From Promethearchaeia archaeon (GTDB lineage: Archaea > Asgardarchaeota > Lokiarchaeia > Sigyniarchaeales > SOKP01), in the NCBI GenBank assembly GCA_029856105.1, contig JAHQWH010000189.1, forward strand, positions 1 through 64,000: 64,000 bases of DNA, read 5' to 3'. Each line of letters starts with the position of its first letter. Position 1 is the first letter of the stretch. This document shows positions 61,037 through 64,000 of this stretch, one piece after another. Below the pieces are notes generated by a model. It was not told where the DNA came from, made no database searches, and saw only the letters and a program-made list of their open reading frames with translations. A program made the translations under genes and the position numbers.

Positions 61037-61936
61037 ATGACATTTTGCGAACATTGTGGCGAAAAGATCACTTATTTACCTTTTAATTGTAAGTATTGTG
61101 GCGGAGTTTATTGTAAAAAACATAGACTACCAGAAAATCATCAATGTACTTTTGAAATCAAACATGGACCTATTGTCCCTTTAAATTTGAGAGAAAGCCC
61201 TTCAAAAAGTGTTAATTCGCAAAAAACTCCAAGAGAATTTAAGAAATATATGAAAAGACAAGAAAAACAAAATCAAAGAACAATAAAATATTACGAAAGT
61301 TATGATAAAAAAACAACAAAAACCAACGGTACAACATTCTTAATTATCGCGATTTTTATCATGTCTATAGCTGCTATGGGAGTCCCTTTATATTTAACTT
61401 TGAGTAGTTATAGCTTTATAGAATTATATTTGTGGACATTATTTACATCTCTTTTTGTTAGTTATACTTCTGACTTATTTGGATTGTTTTTTCTATTTAT
61501 CTTAATAATATTTTTTAATATGATAATTAAAAATATAGAACGTGTGTTTGGAACTAAATTTTTATTGCAATTGTATTTTATTTGCGCTATTTTTACGGGA
61601 TTAGTTTATATTTTATTATTACTCCTGTTACAATTGATTTACATACCATATGGAAGCTTGATTTTTGTTCCATACGGTTTAGCCTCAGGTGCTCTATTAG
61701 GAGTCATATGCTTCATGATTTTTATGAACTGGGACCGAGAAATGACATTTTTATTATTCTTTTTTCCAATAAGGATGCGGGGAAAAACTATAATTACTTT
61801 CTTAGTTTTATTAAAAGTTGTTCCAGGTCTATTATTTGCAATTGGTGAACCACTTTATTTACTTATTTATCTTCCTGATTTAGGAGGTATATTAGCGTCA
61901 TACCTTGTTCATTACTATAAATTTAAGTATCGATAA
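61037..61936 (+). CDS. AN1 zinc finger + rhomboid-fold protein lacking the catalytic His (probable pseudoprotease)
   Basis: CEHC...LPFNCKYC...CKKHRLPENHQC; then WTLFTS, IERVFG, LASGA, and PDLGG in place of AHLGG. Confidence 0.8.
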   Translation: MTFCEHCGEKITYLPFNCKYCGGVYCKKHRLPENHQCTFEIKHGPIVPLNLRESPSKSVNSQKTPREFKKYMKRQEKQNQRTIKYYESYDKKTTKTNGTTFLIIAIFIMSIAAMGVPLYLTLSSYSFIELYLWTLFTSLFVSYTSDLFGLFFLFILIIFFNMIIKNIERVFGTKFLLQLYFICAIFTGLVYILLLLLLQLIYIPYGSLIFVPYGLASGALLGVICFMIFMNWDREMTFLLFFFPIRMRGKTIITFLVLLKVVPGLLFAIGEPLYLLIYLPDLGGILASYLVHYYKFKYR

Positions 61937-61952
61937 GAATAAACGAGTTAAA

Positions 61953-62609
61953 ATGCCAGAAGAAGGATTGTCAAAAATAATAGAATTAAACGAGGATTTA
62001 ATCGAAAACAACGAGCGGTTAGCAGCCAAAAATAAAAAAGATTTTAGCAAATATAATATTCGCTCGTTTGATATTGTTGGAGCTATAGGAGCTGGAAAAA
62101 CAGCCCTTTTAGAATCGATATCAGAGATGATTTCTAAAGAAAAAAGGGTTTTAGTAATAAATGGAGATGTAGCTACAAGAATTGACGCTGATCGCATAGA
62201 GAAACATGGTGTAAAAACCATCCAAATTAATACAGGTCGAGAATGCGCTCTAAATTCTTATCACATCTCTCAAGTAATAAAAAATCACGATTTAAGCAAT
62301 TACGACGTCGTTTTTATAGAAAACGTGGGAAATCTTATTTGTCCCTCAGATTTTATCTTAGGAACCAATAAGCGTATTGTAGTAGTTTCCATTACCGAAG
62401 GTCCATGGGTAATTCGGAAGCATCCTTTATTGTTTAAATTTTCAGATATTGCAATTATTAATAAAATTGATTTAATTGATGTGATTGACGTAAAAGTTGA
62501 AGAAATGATCAACGATGCCAAGGAAATAAATCCAAACATCAAAATAATTACAACAAGTGCAATTACAGGAGAAAACATTCCTAACCTTATTCAATCCTTA
62601 GAAATATAG
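61953..62609 (+). CDS. hypB: Hydrogenase nickel incorporation GTPase HypB
   Basis: GAIGAGKT, ENVGNLICP, KHP, NKID. Confidence 0.93.
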   Translation: MPEEGLSKIIELNEDLIENNERLAAKNKKDFSKYNIRSFDIVGAIGAGKTALLESISEMISKEKRVLVINGDVATRIDADRIEKHGVKTIQINTGRECALNSYHISQVIKNHDLSNYDVVFIENVGNLICPSDFILGTNKRIVVVSITEGPWVIRKHPLLFKFSDIAIINKIDLIDVIDVKVEEMINDAKEINPNIKIITTSAITGENIPNLIQSLEI

Positions 62610-62879
62610 GAGTTTAAGATTTTTTCTATACTTGTTAAATACAATGAAAGAGTATAAAACATTTTAAAAAAGAAAGGAAAATAAGTTATACTCTTTATAA
62701 TAAAAGAGCATAAAAAAATTATGGAACTACTTCTCCACTATGAAACATTTTTACTCACTCATTTCGTTAATCTATTTTTTTCAATTTATTTTACAATATT
62801 ATTTAAACCTAAAGTGAAACAACTGAAATTATAGATCAAAATATTTAAACTCCTAAAATTTCAACATATATTAATAATT

Positions 62880-63998
62880 TTACACCAAATCTGAGGGTAA
62901 AATCGGGTTAACGAGCAGATTTCGAAAGTCCTTAACTGAAGGGAATTCACCATATTTATTTATTATGAGTTTTGCTCCAGAATTATAGGAAAAAACAGTT
63001 GTTGAGTATATAGGGTTAGAAAGTGAATTTATTTGATTTTTTATGTTTTCTTCGTTAAAAATTTCAAAGTTTGTTGCATATTGAATTAAGTCCTCATTGT
63101 TCCACTCGTCAATAAGAGCATGATAAGCGAAATTATACCAAAAAAGCGATAATTTTCCTTTTACTTTGCTTTGTGCTATTAATGCTTCAATAGAAGATTC
63201 TATTGACGGGTCTGGACATAATTCTTGTAAACTAACTTCAGCTTGTTCTTGATAGGAAGTAAAGAGCGCATTCGCGGCTAAATCTGCAATTCCTTCACTA
63301 ATTATTAATTTAGGTGAATGTAGCAGCAATATTGAGTGTTCGAACTGATTTAACTCGCGATATAACCTCTGTTCTTTGACCACAAATTCCGTGTGGTGTC
63401 CAGGATATCCTTCGTGAGTGGCAAAAAACAAAAACGCCGTCCAATACATACTATAATTCGGATTGACTTCTAATCGTGAGCGAAAATTACCCAAGTACCA
63501 TTCATAGCATGGGAATTTTATTTTTTGATTTTTTACTAACTCTACAATGATGTGTTCTTTTTTAGGTAGAAGATCGACAAACAATTCTTTAGTTTTCTTT
63601 TCTGCGATGTTAAGCGCTTTTTTAAACAATACAAAAACATTCGCTTCAGGAACCGTTCGTTGCACTCTTATTTCATTCATTCGCTCTTTTAAGCTTCCAG
63701 ATCCCTTATAAGCCTCGTTAAACTCTTCTTTTAAGTTATCTAATTCAGATTCTTTAACGGGCCGTAAGGCTACATCGTATAACCTTAAAGCTTGTTCCTT
63801 AATAGTAATCTCGATACCGTTTAAAATCTCGATCGAAGTCCTCATCGCCGTTAACATCTTTTCTAAGTATCGCTCGCGATTTTTGTCGTAACCTTGTTTA
63901 AACAAATCTTTTTGTAAAGCTTTGCAATCGGTTAAAAGCTTGTTTGGTGAAATTATTACCTCATTGTCAACGATTTTACGTAATTTTTTAGGACCAAT
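62880..63998 (-). CDS. DUF885-like metallopeptidase-family protein, 5' truncated by the window edge
   Basis: HEGYPGHH, ISEGIA. The frame is open to the window end (IGPKKLRKIVDNEV...). Close paralog of 33824-35032. Confidence 0.75.
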   Translation of the reverse strand: MGPKKLRKIVDNEVIISPNKLLTDCKALQKDLFKQGYDKNRERYLEKMLTAMRTSIEILNGIEITIKEQALRLYDVALRPVKESELDNLKEEFNEAYKGSGSLKERMNEIRVQRTVPEANVFVLFKKALNIAEKKTKELFVDLLPKKEHIIVELVKNQKIKFPCYEWYLGNFRSRLEVNPNYSMYWTAFLFFATHEGYPGHHTEFVVKEQRLYRELNQFEHSILLLHSPKLIISEGIADLAANALFTSYQEQAEVSLQELCPDPSIESSIEALIAQSKVKGKLSLFWYNFAYHALIDEWNNEDLIQYATNFEIFNEENIKNQINSLSNPIYSTTVFSYNSGAKLIINKYGEFPSVKDFRNLLVNPILPSDLV

Positions 63999-64000
63999 AT

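Overview
AT-rich archaeal chromosome segment, most consistent with an Asgard archaeon of the Lokiarchaeia type. It carries archaeal core genes (cdc48, fen1, eIF5A, SRP54, rpl2, gatDE, elp3, nop5/fibrillarin, rnhB, archaeal SAM synthetase) together with longin-like, roadblock and AN1 zinc-finger proteins. Positions 1-8.9 kb hold an accessory operon: TFIIB-like protein, M50 peptidase, HerA/FtsK-like ATPase and a 1790-aa repeat protein ending in a nuclease-like domain. The rest is mostly housekeeping and sugar/nucleotide metabolism. Main result: two unrelated enzyme genes that look broken in the ORF track are each interrupted inside their most conserved motif by a tiny hairpin insert containing an in-frame stop. 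The inserts are 30 nt (9161-9190, FGGY/glycerol-kinase-like gene) and 33 nt (37095-37127, alpha/beta hydrolase). Each folds with its flanks into a bulge-helix-bulge (BHB) structure, and cutting at the canonical tRNA-splicing-endonuclease positions restores the family motif exactly (TNQ|RET, HPHPQ|YGG). These are strong candidates for tRNA-type introns in Asgard mRNAs. Other observations: a cluster with a LITAF-like protein, an AN1-site-2 protease and an AN1-rhomboid pseudoprotease; several genes that appear to use non-canonical start codons; a DHDPS-fold/APH-kinase fusion whose DHDPS domain lacks its catalytic lysine; and a glycyl-radical gene remnant. I saw no tRNA, rRNA or CRISPR array. All product calls come from motif recognition by eye, not database searches.
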